Origin: Bacillus subtilis subsp. subtilis str. 168
Lineage (GTDB): Bacteria; Bacillota; Bacilli; Bacillales; Bacillaceae
Length of the DNA: 32,000 nt
Direction: 5' to 3'
Assembly: GCF_000009045.1 (NCBI RefSeq)
Contig: NC_000964.3
Location: forward strand, 2,160,001-2,192,000
Positions 7,975 through 14,851 of the stretch are shown piece after piece (the first letter of the stretch is position 1; every line of letters starts with the position of its first letter). The position numbers were made by a program, and so were the translations under genes. The notes beneath the pieces were generated by a model. That model was not told the DNA's origin and did not search any database. It saw only the letters and a list, made by a program, of their open reading frames with translations.

Positions 7975-8100
7975 TTATTTAGACTTATTGTCGTTTTGCA
8001 AAATGGTGTCAGCAGCTAAAGATGTAGCTTTCATTTCGCCGACAATTTTACCAGTTGATTTCTTTTTGAAAATAATCTTTGCAGCATTATCATCACTCAT
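7975..8100 (-). CDS. yosF: Small protein of 41 aa, function unknown (below the ORF-track cutoff)
   Basis: GGAGG lies 8 nt before the ATG at 8100. The product is MSDDNAAKIIFKKKSTGKIVGEMKATSLAADTILQNDNKSK. It fills the gap between flanking genes. Confidence 0.55.
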   Translation of the reverse strand: MSDDNAAKIIFKKKSTGKIVGEMKATSLAADTILQNDNKSK

Positions 8101-8113
8101 CTTGAGTGCCTCC

Positions 8114-8461
8114 TTAGATAAACAATGTGCTAACATATAGAACAATCAATGCGAAAGTTGAATGAAATAAAGACTTACCGGCTTTCTTGAAAATGTTCTC
8201 ATCTTTTTCCTGATCTGACCGTTTTACACCTTTGACAAATACATTGAGTAAAACACCAATAACAAATGCATGAGGTAAAGTGACATGGACATTTTGAATA
8301 TTGTATGTATCAATAAGCAAAGGATTTAACACATGATTCAATCCGTAATAAACAATTAGTGACATAGTCAACGCTTCAACAAAAATAAGTAATCCAACTA
8401 CAATTAACGAACCTGACCCCATAAAGAATCCGCTCCAAATATCTTTTGTATCCTTATTCAA
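8114..8461 (-). CDS. yosE: Integral membrane protein (3-4 predicted hydrophobic helices), function unknown
   Basis: 115 codons with a TTG start after AAGGAGAG. Hydrophobic segments include GSLIVVGLLIFVEALTMSLIVYYGL, AFVIGVLLNVFV and FALIVLYVSTLFI. Confidence 0.75.
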   Translation of the reverse strand: MNKDTKDIWSGFFMGSGSLIVVGLLIFVEALTMSLIVYYGLNHVLNPLLIDTYNIQNVHVTLPHAFVIGVLLNVFVKGVKRSDQEKDENIFKKAGKSLFHSTFALIVLYVSTLFI

Positions 8462-8475
8462 TAAATATCTCTCCT

Positions 8476-8871
8476 TTAGTCTTTTTTAGTTAGCCTCTGC
8501 CACCAGGAAGTTTTTATCTGTCTTTGATTTTGAGTATCATTGTTTTTTGCTTTCTTATTATTGTGTTCTTCGCATTCCTTCAAGCTTTTTTCATCTATAA
8601 TTGTCTTAATAACTCTGTCTGTTTGATATGTCCACTCGTTATGTATGTTTCGCTGCCTGTCAGTCACTATGACATATTCATTAAGTCCAGGGATATAAAC
8701 TTTACCTCCAATTTCTATAGGCTCAATATCTATATAGCCCTCGAAGATTGGTTCAGTACGAGTTACCTTACACACTGGCTGAGTAATCCACCTCTCTGTG
8801 CCTGGGGCACGGTGTGAGTAATACCTTTCTTTCATAACCAATCCTTCAATCGTTGCTTTATGGCGTCCCAC
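8476..8871 (-). CDS. yosD: Protein of unknown function
   Basis: 131 codons, with a GTG start 5 nt after AAGGAGGTG. Confidence 0.72.
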   Translation of the reverse strand: MGRHKATIEGLVMKERYYSHRAPGTERWITQPVCKVTRTEPIFEGYIDIEPIEIGGKVYIPGLNEYVIVTDRQRNIHNEWTYQTDRVIKTIIDEKSLKECEEHNNKKAKNNDTQNQRQIKTSWWQRLTKKD

Positions 8872-8909
8872 TTATTCACCTCCTTATAAGTCTCTTTAAA
8901 AATTGAATT

Positions 8910-9452
8910 TTAATCTAAATGCTCCATTACAATTTTTAGATAATCTTTATAGTCAGTAGCAACCACACTGTCTCCATTAACAAGCTGTTCAGTTTTAACT
9001 CCAAAGAACCACCTGTCACCTATCCATTGACGACCAGTCATGTTGTTTAACCCCAGCTCATCATGAGACCTAAATGGATACACTTCTTCAATTTGCTCAA
9101 TCATAGCTTTTATTTCTTTAAAGTATTTAGATCGTTTTTTGAAAGCATAGAATCCGTCTACTTGATTTTTAACAATGTCATTTTTAAATATTTCATACGC
9201 TTCTGTTCCTTCGTAGACTCCAAAGTACTCAGAGTGATAAAACGAGAAGCCTTCCTTGACTCCATACTTTTCTTCGAATTTATCAAAGAAAGAGTTTATA
9301 TCCTCTTTGCGTTTCTTCTCAGATTTATACCAGTCACTTTCCTGTTTAACTTCGTAAATCGGTGCATCTAAGGTTTGCATACTCTCATCTCCCCTAATAT
9401 TTCTTTCTGCTTGTTTTAATTTGTCGTATACTGCGCTTGCCCGGGAAATCAT
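8910..9452 (-). CDS. yosC: Protein of unknown function
   Basis: 180 codons with an ATG preceded by AAAGGAAA. It is co-oriented with its neighbours. Confidence 0.75.
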   Translation of the reverse strand: MISRASAVYDKLKQAERNIRGDESMQTLDAPIYEVKQESDWYKSEKKRKEDINSFFDKFEEKYGVKEGFSFYHSEYFGVYEGTEAYEIFKNDIVKNQVDGFYAFKKRSKYFKEIKAMIEQIEEVYPFRSHDELGLNNMTGRQWIGDRWFFGVKTEQLVNGDSVVATDYKDYLKIVMEHLD

Positions 9453-9496
9453 TAGTATTTCCTTTGATCATATTTCCCCATCTATATCTTTCCTTT

Positions 9497-9676
9497 TTAT
9501 AGATCCACCAACATCAGACCGTCTAGTCCATATACCTTGTCTCTTTCAGTTAACTTTCCGTTTTTTCTCATTGTCTTCAATGCATTTTCTGCTTGTTTAA
9601 GATTTGAGTAAATATGTGGGTGGTAACCATAGAGATATTTCCCTTCACTCTTTGCAGCAATTACAAACATGTTCAT
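9497..9676 (-). CDS. yosB: Small protein of 59 aa, function unknown (just below the ORF-track cutoff)
   Basis: AAGGAGAG lies 7 nt before the ATG at 9676. The product is MNMFVIAAKSEGKYLYGYHPHIYSNLKQAENALKTMRKNGKLTERDKVYGLDGLMLVDL. Confidence 0.6.
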   Translation of the reverse strand: MNMFVIAAKSEGKYLYGYHPHIYSNLKQAENALKTMRKNGKLTERDKVYGLDGLMLVDL

Positions 9677-9806
9677 TCATCAACTCTCCTTATTCAACTC
9701 TTAAATTTAGACAAAGTCTTCATTTTTTCTTTTTTAGACTGAAATCTATGTCGAATTTTTAACCTTTGCCATACCATATACTATCCTTACTAAAGGAGGT
9801 GGCAAT

Positions 9807-9926
9807 ATGGGATTCTACAGCGGATATTCTGGTGGATACTCTGGCGGCGGATACGGAAGCAGCTTCGTCTTGATCGTTGTGTTATTCATCCTATTGATCA
9901 TTGTTGGTGCTACATTCCTATACTAA
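9807..9926 (+). CDS. yosA: Tiny Gly/Tyr/Ser-rich single-pass membrane protein (YjcZ-like tiny TM family)
   Basis: AAAGGAGGTG lies 5 nt before the ATG. The 39-aa product is MGFYSGYSGGYSGGGYGSSFVLIVVLFILLIIVGATFLY. A hairpin terminator follows. It is one of only two plus-strand genes in the window, the other being yoqW at the right edge. The gene name is assigned by position only. Confidence 0.65.
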   Translation: MGFYSGYSGGYSGGGYGSSFVLIVVLFILLIIVGATFLY

Positions 9927-9973
9927 TCTCAGAGTAAATCCAGAGCCTTTGAATCACCTCCCTGTTCGATAGA

Positions 9974-10006
9974 CGCCATAAAACTTCTTATGGCGTTTTT
10001 TATTTT
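9974..10006 (+). terminator. Rho-independent terminator downstream of the tiny plus-strand gene
   Basis: An 8-bp stem (CGCCATAA 9974..9981 with TTATGGCG 9988..9995) and a 6-nt loop, followed by TTTTTTATTTTT. Confidence 0.7.
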
Positions 10007-10029
10007 TACATTTGTATAAAAGGAATATT

Positions 10030-10242
10030 TTATCCTCTTATTTTGTATTTGATATTTAATCCTAAATGTTCTAATGTCTTCTTAACACTTAAATTGCTGC
10101 ATTCATTTTTCACTTTATCGGAATAACCCTTTGCACAACTTTCACAACAGTTGAAGTCTACATAAGTTTTTTCATCGCTGATCCTAAGACAAATTGTTTT
10201 TCCGCTTATGTACTCCTTACAGATGTCACATATATGATTCAT
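10030..10242 (-). CDS. yorZ: Small Cys-rich (zinc-ribbon-like) protein
   Basis: ATG at 10242 lies 5 nt after AAGGAGAG. The product is MNHICDICKEYISGKTICLRISDEKTYVDFNCCESCAKGY..., with CxxC and CCxxC pairs. Confidence 0.72.
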   Translation of the reverse strand: MNHICDICKEYISGKTICLRISDEKTYVDFNCCESCAKGYSDKVKNECSNLSVKKTLEHLGLNIKYKIRG

Positions 10243-10272
10243 TAACACTCTCCTTCGCCTCAACGTAAATTT

Positions 10273-10301
10273 ATTATATACATATTATTTGTTTTTGTCT
10301 A
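10273..10301 (-). promoter_or_regulatory. Sigma-A-type promoter within a conserved repeated element (copy A), upstream of yorZ
   Basis: Minus strand reads TAGACA, then a 17-nt spacer, then TATAAT. The whole block ATAGACAAAAACAAATAATATGTATATAATAAA is near-identical to copies at 15524..15552 and 26844..26872. Confidence 0.6.
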
Positions 10302-10308
10302 TCGGTTT

Positions 10309-10503
10309 TTAAATAATTTCTTTAATATTTTTCAGCTTTGCAAAAACAGACATTATATCTTTATCACACCGCTCCCAAACACGCTTTTCTTCAGGCCTTA
10401 AAGTGTTTTCTAAATAAACATAAAGCTTATCCAATACTCCTTCAGCAGCATCTATATCATCAATTACAAGATCCCTAACAATATCCTTAATGATACCCTC
10501 TCC
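10309..10503 (-). CDS. yorY: Small protein of unknown function; no canonical start codon (possibly an ATT or ATC start, or read-through)
   Basis: A 64-codon open frame ([64 protein letters not shown]) follows the yorX TAG directly and in the same frame. GGGAGAGGG precedes ATC ATT. The first ATG, GTG or TTG is far downstream. Confidence 0.45.
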
Positions 10504-10731
10504 CTATGAAAATATGGTTATTGCTTTTCCATTGTCATTTTTTATGTATGGGGAATATTTTCGGTCTAGGCAATTCTTCGACTTTCCTTCTCCCAGGCTT
10601 ACATTATAAATATCCCCTACCTCATAAACTTCGTATGCTTGTTCTTTTGCATGTTCAGGTGATAGCGCCTCAATAACTAGAGACGCATTTTCACCTTTGC
10701 TGTCTTTACACCTTACATAATACTTTTTCAA
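10504..10731 (-). CDS. yorX: Small protein of unknown function
   Basis: 75 codons, with a TTG start after AAGGGA. It ends in TAG at 10504..10506. Confidence 0.65.
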   Translation of the reverse strand: MKKYYVRCKDSKGENASLVIEALSPEHAKEQAYEVYEVGDIYNVSLGEGKSKNCLDRKYSPYIKNDNGKAITIFS

Positions 10732-10770
10732 TAAACATCCCTTTATCCTTTCATTTTTTCTCGAAACAAT

Positions 10771-11136
10771 TTAATGAATCAAGCCTTGATATGTATTTGG
10801 TTTAATATTGTGTAGATTGTTTAGGTTAGTTAACCGCTCGATTTCCTTACTCATCGCATAACATTGATCAACATAAAATTTCTTTGGCATAATCACAAAC
10901 TGGCCATCTTTAAATCCTTCCGCACCGGCTTCTTGCATTGCTGCTGGAAAGATATCAATTAGACTACCTTTCTTAAAGCTCTCAATATACTCATCTACTG
11001 AAATAGTGTGCAAAACCTTAGCTAATACTCCATTAGTCTTTTCATCGTTATGTACGTAAATGCTTTGTGTATGTGGTTCAATAACTACAAAATCAAGAGC
11101 GTTTACCAAGTCAATTTTTTCTTGATCAGTTAGCAT
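10771..11136 (-). CDS. yorW: Protein of unknown function
   Basis: ATG at 11136 lies 5 nt after AAAGGAGAG. The ORF-track GTG at 11142 sits inside the SD. The gene overlaps the stop of the upstream gene. Confidence 0.72.
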   Translation of the reverse strand: MLTDQEKIDLVNALDFVVIEPHTQSIYVHNDEKTNGVLAKVLHTISVDEYIESFKKGSLIDIFPAAMQEAGAEGFKDGQFVIMPKKFYVDQCYAMSKEIERLTNLNNLHNIKPNTYQGLIH

Positions 11137-11138
11137 AT

Positions 11139-11357
11139 TCACTCTCCTTTTAAATACGACTTGAAAAACTCACTTAAGTTATCAGCCATAGCTGCAGCAA
11201 CTTCAGAAAAGTATTTATGTCTTTTCTCCTCTGATTTCAAAAACTCAACTGTCGTTTCTGCAATTTCTTTAATCTTGTCTTCTTTGATATTTCCATTCCT
11301 AACACGCTCTTTAATCTCCTCTGTCTCTTTTTTTAGGGACTCTGGGTAACTATCCAA
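11139..11357 (-). CDS. yorV: Small charged, probably helical protein of unknown function
   Basis: The open frame is 11139..11423. The best start is the TTG at 11357, 8 nt after AGAGGAG, which avoids overlap with the mtbP 3' end. The start remains uncertain. Confidence 0.6.
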   Translation of the reverse strand: MDSYPESLKKETEEIKERVRNGNIKEDKIKEIAETTVEFLKSEEKRHKYFSEVAAAMADNLSEFFKSYLKGE

Positions 11358-11400
11358 TCGATCCACTCCTCTTATTTTATATTTGTTTAAAAGACAAATT

Positions 11401-12732
11401 TTATTCAGATTCTTTATTAACATATGTATGTATTAATTCTTGAAATATAGACTCAAGCACACTAACTGTAATTGAATTACCGGCTTGCTTGTATAATTGT
11501 GAGTTACTTATTCCTGCTGCAAAAGCTTTTTCAAAATCTTCGTCATCAAATGCTTGGAGTCTCCAACATTCTAATGGAGAGAGCTTTCTAATTTTATATT
11601 TTGGGTATTCTCCGATTGCTACACCATGTCGATCAATTGTATTAACCGTGAAAGCCGGTTCTCCGTTTTCTTTAAAACGTCTTCCATTCTGTCTTTTCTC
11701 TTCTCTTTCTGGCGTTAACACTGCCCTTACTTCTTTCTGCTTTTCTGCGATTTTAGGTTCTCTGTGACCGCCGCCCATTGTAGTTAATGTCGGTGAAAGT
11801 CCTTCAGGCGAGTAAACTCTTTTGATGGCATCGTGACCTTTTAAATCCACGTGTCCCACCATTAACGGCTCCCTTACTTCTTGTTTTTGTAGCGGTGCGG
11901 TTCCTAGTTGCTCAACAAGTTTCTTCGTCTTTTCTTCATTTAAGTAATACTTCTCATCAACAAAATCCTCAAGAATTTCTCTCAACCTCTTTGTGACAGT
12001 GTCTTGTAAAGGCCATTTAAAATTAAAACTCTTTATATTTATTTCTTGCAATCTCTTTTTACCTTTACTCAGAACATCGTTTCGCTTCTGACCTACAACC
12101 CATTGTTCATTTTCAACCAAATCTTCTCTAATGCCAATTATGTATACCCGTTCACGATTCTGTGGAACATTGAAAAACTTTGAATTAAGTAGCTCTAGGT
12201 CAATCCTATAGCCTATATTGTTCATAGTCTCACTAATTATTCTTAACACTTGTCCATTGCCACTATTAATTAGCCCTTTTACATTTTCTAATATCACAAA
12301 TTTCGGCTTCTTCTCTTCTGCTAACAAAGCTGTTTCAAAAAAGAGCGTTCCCCGTTCATCTTTAGCCTTAGAAACAGCTTCACACTTCGGGCATTTGACT
12401 CCCTTCTTATAATCCTCATAAGTAATTAAATGCTCGTGCGAACAATTGCTACACTTATATTCCATACCATCACGGCCGCCGGCTACTGAAAAAGTGGGAC
12501 AAGGAAATCCACTTGTTAACAAATCAAAATATGGAATATTATCTTTCTTAGCTTTACTTATGTCTCCAACATTCAATGTTTCACTTACATTATGAATTGC
12601 ACAATAAGATTTGATTGCATATTTATCTATTTCACTAAAGCCAATCAGTTCATAATCAACGCCTATGTTTCTTAATGCAGCTTCAAATGCACCAATTCCA
12701 CTAAAAAGGCTCATTACACGTAGTTTACTCAA
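11401..12732 (-). CDS. mtbP: Multispecific cytosine-C5 DNA methyltransferase (M.SPBetaI type; as recalled from the literature it targets GGCC and GCNGC)
   Basis: Motifs present: FSGIGAFE (I), GFPCPTFS (IV), ENVKGL (VI), QNRERVYIIG (VIII) and GNSITV (X). TTG at 12732 lies 7 nt after GGAGG and gives MSKLRVMSLFSGIG..., 443 aa. Confidence 0.93.
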   Translation of the reverse strand: MSKLRVMSLFSGIGAFEAALRNIGVDYELIGFSEIDKYAIKSYCAIHNVSETLNVGDISKAKKDNIPYFDLLTSGFPCPTFSVAGGRDGMEYKCSNCSHEHLITYEDYKKGVKCPKCEAVSKAKDERGTLFFETALLAEEKKPKFVILENVKGLINSGNGQVLRIISETMNNIGYRIDLELLNSKFFNVPQNRERVYIIGIREDLVENEQWVVGQKRNDVLSKGKKRLQEINIKSFNFKWPLQDTVTKRLREILEDFVDEKYYLNEEKTKKLVEQLGTAPLQKQEVREPLMVGHVDLKGHDAIKRVYSPEGLSPTLTTMGGGHREPKIAEKQKEVRAVLTPEREEKRQNGRRFKENGEPAFTVNTIDRHGVAIGEYPKYKIRKLSPLECWRLQAFDDEDFEKAFAAGISNSQLYKQAGNSITVSVLESIFQELIHTYVNKESE

Positions 12733-12780
12733 CAAACAACCTCCATATATTTTATTTTTACTCTAAATAAAATTGATCTT

Positions 12781-12900
12781 TTATTTTAATTTCTTTAGCA
12801 CTTTTTCAAACTCTGTTTTTGCTTCGTTCATAATTTGATATACCTTGTGATGAATTGTTGACTCACAAGAAGCTGACAGTCTTTTAATAAAACGTTCCAC
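12781..12900 (-). CDS. yorT: Small protein of 39 aa, function unknown (below the ORF-track cutoff)
   Basis: AAAGGAGAAAACA precedes the GTG at 12900. The product is MERFIKRLSASCESTIHHKVYQIMNEAKTEFEKVLKKLK, ending in TAA at 12781. Confidence 0.5.
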   Translation of the reverse strand: MERFIKRLSASCESTIHHKVYQIMNEAKTEFEKVLKKLK

Positions 12901-12931
12901 TGTTTTCTCCTTTCTGGATAAATGAGATATT

Positions 12932-13450
12932 TTAAAGTAATTTTCGTTCAATCTCTTCCCAATTCATAACACGAATAAATCTATTTTCATTCCTGTTATG
13001 GGGAGCATCAAATAGTATCTTCATTCCTTCAAATGATTCTAAGTTATGTATTCCATCATCGATCATGATGTCTGCTTTAATTATGTTTTTATTGCCACAA
13101 AGCACAACATTGCTATGAGGAATAAATGGAAAATATTCTGTAAGCCATTCAAGCTTTGCTTTAAGGGAATCTGGATGGTTTGTTGCTGTAGTCACAACAT
13201 ACACTTCATATTTCTTCATCAGCTCTTTTGTCACTCTTTGGCTACCTTCTATAACATTTAGATTTCTGAACAAATCGTAATCTAAATGTCTATAAACATT
13301 ATTGTTGGTATTTGTATATTTTTTTATATCCCAACATAGGATGTCTTTCTCTTTGAGAAAAGGATCATCGTATGTGTTAATGTAAGCTACCCAATCACTT
13401 AGTAAATCAGCTAAGACCTGATCCATGTCAATCGCAATTACTTTTTTCAT
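12932..13450 (-). CDS. yorS: HAD-family 5'(3')-deoxyribonucleotidase
   Basis: MKKVIAIDMDQVLADL carries the DxD nucleophile motif. Size (172 aa) and overall pattern fit deoxyribonucleotidases. Confidence 0.8.
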   Translation of the reverse strand: MKKVIAIDMDQVLADLLSDWVAYINTYDDPFLKEKDILCWDIKKYTNTNNNVYRHLDYDLFRNLNVIEGSQRVTKELMKKYEVYVVTTATNHPDSLKAKLEWLTEYFPFIPHSNVVLCGNKNIIKADIMIDDGIHNLESFEGMKILFDAPHNRNENRFIRVMNWEEIERKLL

Positions 13451-13458
13451 AAATTCCC

Positions 13459-13956
13459 CTATTCCACTAAAAAGATTATGTCTTTAGCAATTTCGTCACT
13501 TGACCATTGTCCAGTATCCCATGAATATGTATGTAATCCCGCATTGCTCATAACTTCTCTGTACAACTCTAAAATTGAATCAATGTCTTTTCCCTCTATA
13601 TACTCATCTCCACGTACCCTCAACCTTTTCTTAATAACGCTTGGATCAGCGTGTAAGTATACAACCTTCGCTTTTGCTTTAATTTTATCCTCAATAAATC
13701 TAAGCTGTCGCTCTGTAAGGATCGAGTAATCTTTGAATTTCTTTGCATATACCAAGTTAGAATAAACAAACCTGTCAATAATCACGTTGTCTTCATCAGC
13801 TAGTTTATTGAAGTGTTCAAATAACTTCTCATTTCCGCTTTTGGCCAACTCAAAGCTTGAACCTTTGATAATTGGATACTTCAGTTCTTTACTTAGCTTT
13901 GCTGCAACTGTTGATTTAAAGCAGCAATCAGGCCCCTCCAAGATAATTAATGTCAT
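13459..13956 (-). CDS. yorR: Thymidylate or deoxynucleoside kinase-like protein with an atypical P-loop
   Basis: LIILEGPDCCFKST occupies the position of the Tmk EGxxGxGKTT motif. A DRFVYSNLVYA (DRY-like) motif and an RLRVRGDEY lid are present. The ATG overlaps the yorQ stop (TAATG). Confidence 0.75.
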   Translation of the reverse strand: MTLIILEGPDCCFKSTVAAKLSKELKYPIIKGSSFELAKSGNEKLFEHFNKLADEDNVIIDRFVYSNLVYAKKFKDYSILTERQLRFIEDKIKAKAKVVYLHADPSVIKKRLRVRGDEYIEGKDIDSILELYREVMSNAGLHTYSWDTGQWSSDEIAKDIIFLVE

Positions 13957-14111
13957 TAATCCTCCACCTTCCTTACTTTATGAAATCCAACAACCTGGTA
14001 AGTGCCATCAGGATACTTTACTTCTATCTGGTTGTATCGATAATCAACTTTCGCAACAGCTCCAATCTCATCTGTAAAATCAACAATTACCTTTTGACCT
14101 TTTTTAAACAT
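13956..14111 (-). CDS. yorQ: Small protein of 51 aa, paralogous to yorN (below the ORF-track cutoff)
   Basis: GGGAGG lies 8 nt before the ATG at 14111. The product is MFKKGQKVIVDFTDEIGAVAKVDYRYNQIEVKYPDGTYQVVGFHKVRKVED. It overlaps yorP by 8 nt and yorR by 1 nt. Confidence 0.6.
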   Translation of the reverse strand: MFKKGQKVIVDFTDEIGAVAKVDYRYNQIEVKYPDGTYQVVGFHKVRKVED

Positions 14112-14319
14112 AAGCTAAACCTCCCTTTAGTGGTGTTAATTCATGTTCTTTAAAGTAAGTAATGTCACCTGTTTCATCGCTAACTGCATAGTCATATGTA
14201 GCTGAATGTAAATGCTCGATAATCTTTCCTTTTCTCCCCACATGATGTGGGCATCCATATCGTGCATTATTGTTAATTTCTACAGCTAGTCCAACAGGAT
14301 AACTCCAGTATTTAGGCAA
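14104..14319 (-). CDS. yorP: Small protein of unknown function
   Basis: The open frame is 14104..14340. The best start is the TTG at 14319, 7 nt after GAGGGGAGGTGG. Confidence 0.65.
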   Translation of the reverse strand: MPKYWSYPVGLAVEINNNARYGCPHHVGRKGKIIEHLHSATYDYAVSDETGDITYFKEHELTPLKGGLAYV

Positions 14320-14351
14320 TTTAATACCACCTCCCCTCAATAAAAAACCTC

Positions 14352-14549
14352 TTAATCTTCTGTTACTATTCTCGAAACCTGTTTTTCATTAAACCCAAGG
14401 GACGACAAGAACCTCTTAAAATCATCTAGCAACAATCTAGGGATTTCCCCTTTATGTTCTTCAATAATCGACGGTTTATAAGTCTTATTTAATCTGGTCA
14501 CCTGTCCATATTCGTCTGTGAATGACATTTCAATTTGAATACACTTCAA
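14352..14549 (-). CDS. yorO: Small protein of unknown function
   Basis: 65 codons, with a TTG start 4 nt after GGGTGAG. Confidence 0.6.
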   Translation of the reverse strand: MKCIQIEMSFTDEYGQVTRLNKTYKPSIIEEHKGEIPRLLLDDFKRFLSSLGFNEKQVSRIVTED

Positions 14550-14584
14550 TTATCTCACCCTATTTTTTATTTTTGTCATGCATT

Positions 14585-14743
14585 TTAACTGCTTGTTGCC
14601 ATAACAACATCATCAAAACGTCTTTCATCATAAGTTCCATCATAATAACAGAGTTCTACTGTTTCTGTTTCAGGATAGATCGCTTCAATAATCCCACGCT
14701 CTCCAGTTGATTTTACCTTAGCCTCTTTATCCAAAATGAACAT
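14585..14743 (-). CDS. yorN: Small protein of 52 aa, paralogous to yorQ (below the ORF-track cutoff)
   Basis: ATG at 14743 is preceded by AGAGAGAGTGAAGAGG. The product is MFILDKEAKVKSTGERGIIEAIYPETETVELCYYDGTYDERRFDDVVMATSS. Confidence 0.55.
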   Translation of the reverse strand: MFILDKEAKVKSTGERGIIEAIYPETETVELCYYDGTYDERRFDDVVMATSS

Positions 14744-14851
14744 CCTCTTCACTCTCTCTATGTAATAGTTTTCCTTGGGATAAATTTCATGTTATGTATT
14801 GCATCGAACGAATTGTTGAAATGTTTATACCTTTCAGTCATTTGGATCGAT

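Noticed and set aside
9816-9860. Repetitive DNA (GGATAT/TCTGG-type units) considered as a tandem repeat or CRISPR-like feature.
   Set aside because: It is simply the coding sequence for the (G/S/Y) low-complexity head of the tiny membrane peptide. It shows no spacer-repeat architecture, and no CRISPR array, tRNA or rRNA signatures were seen anywhere in the window.
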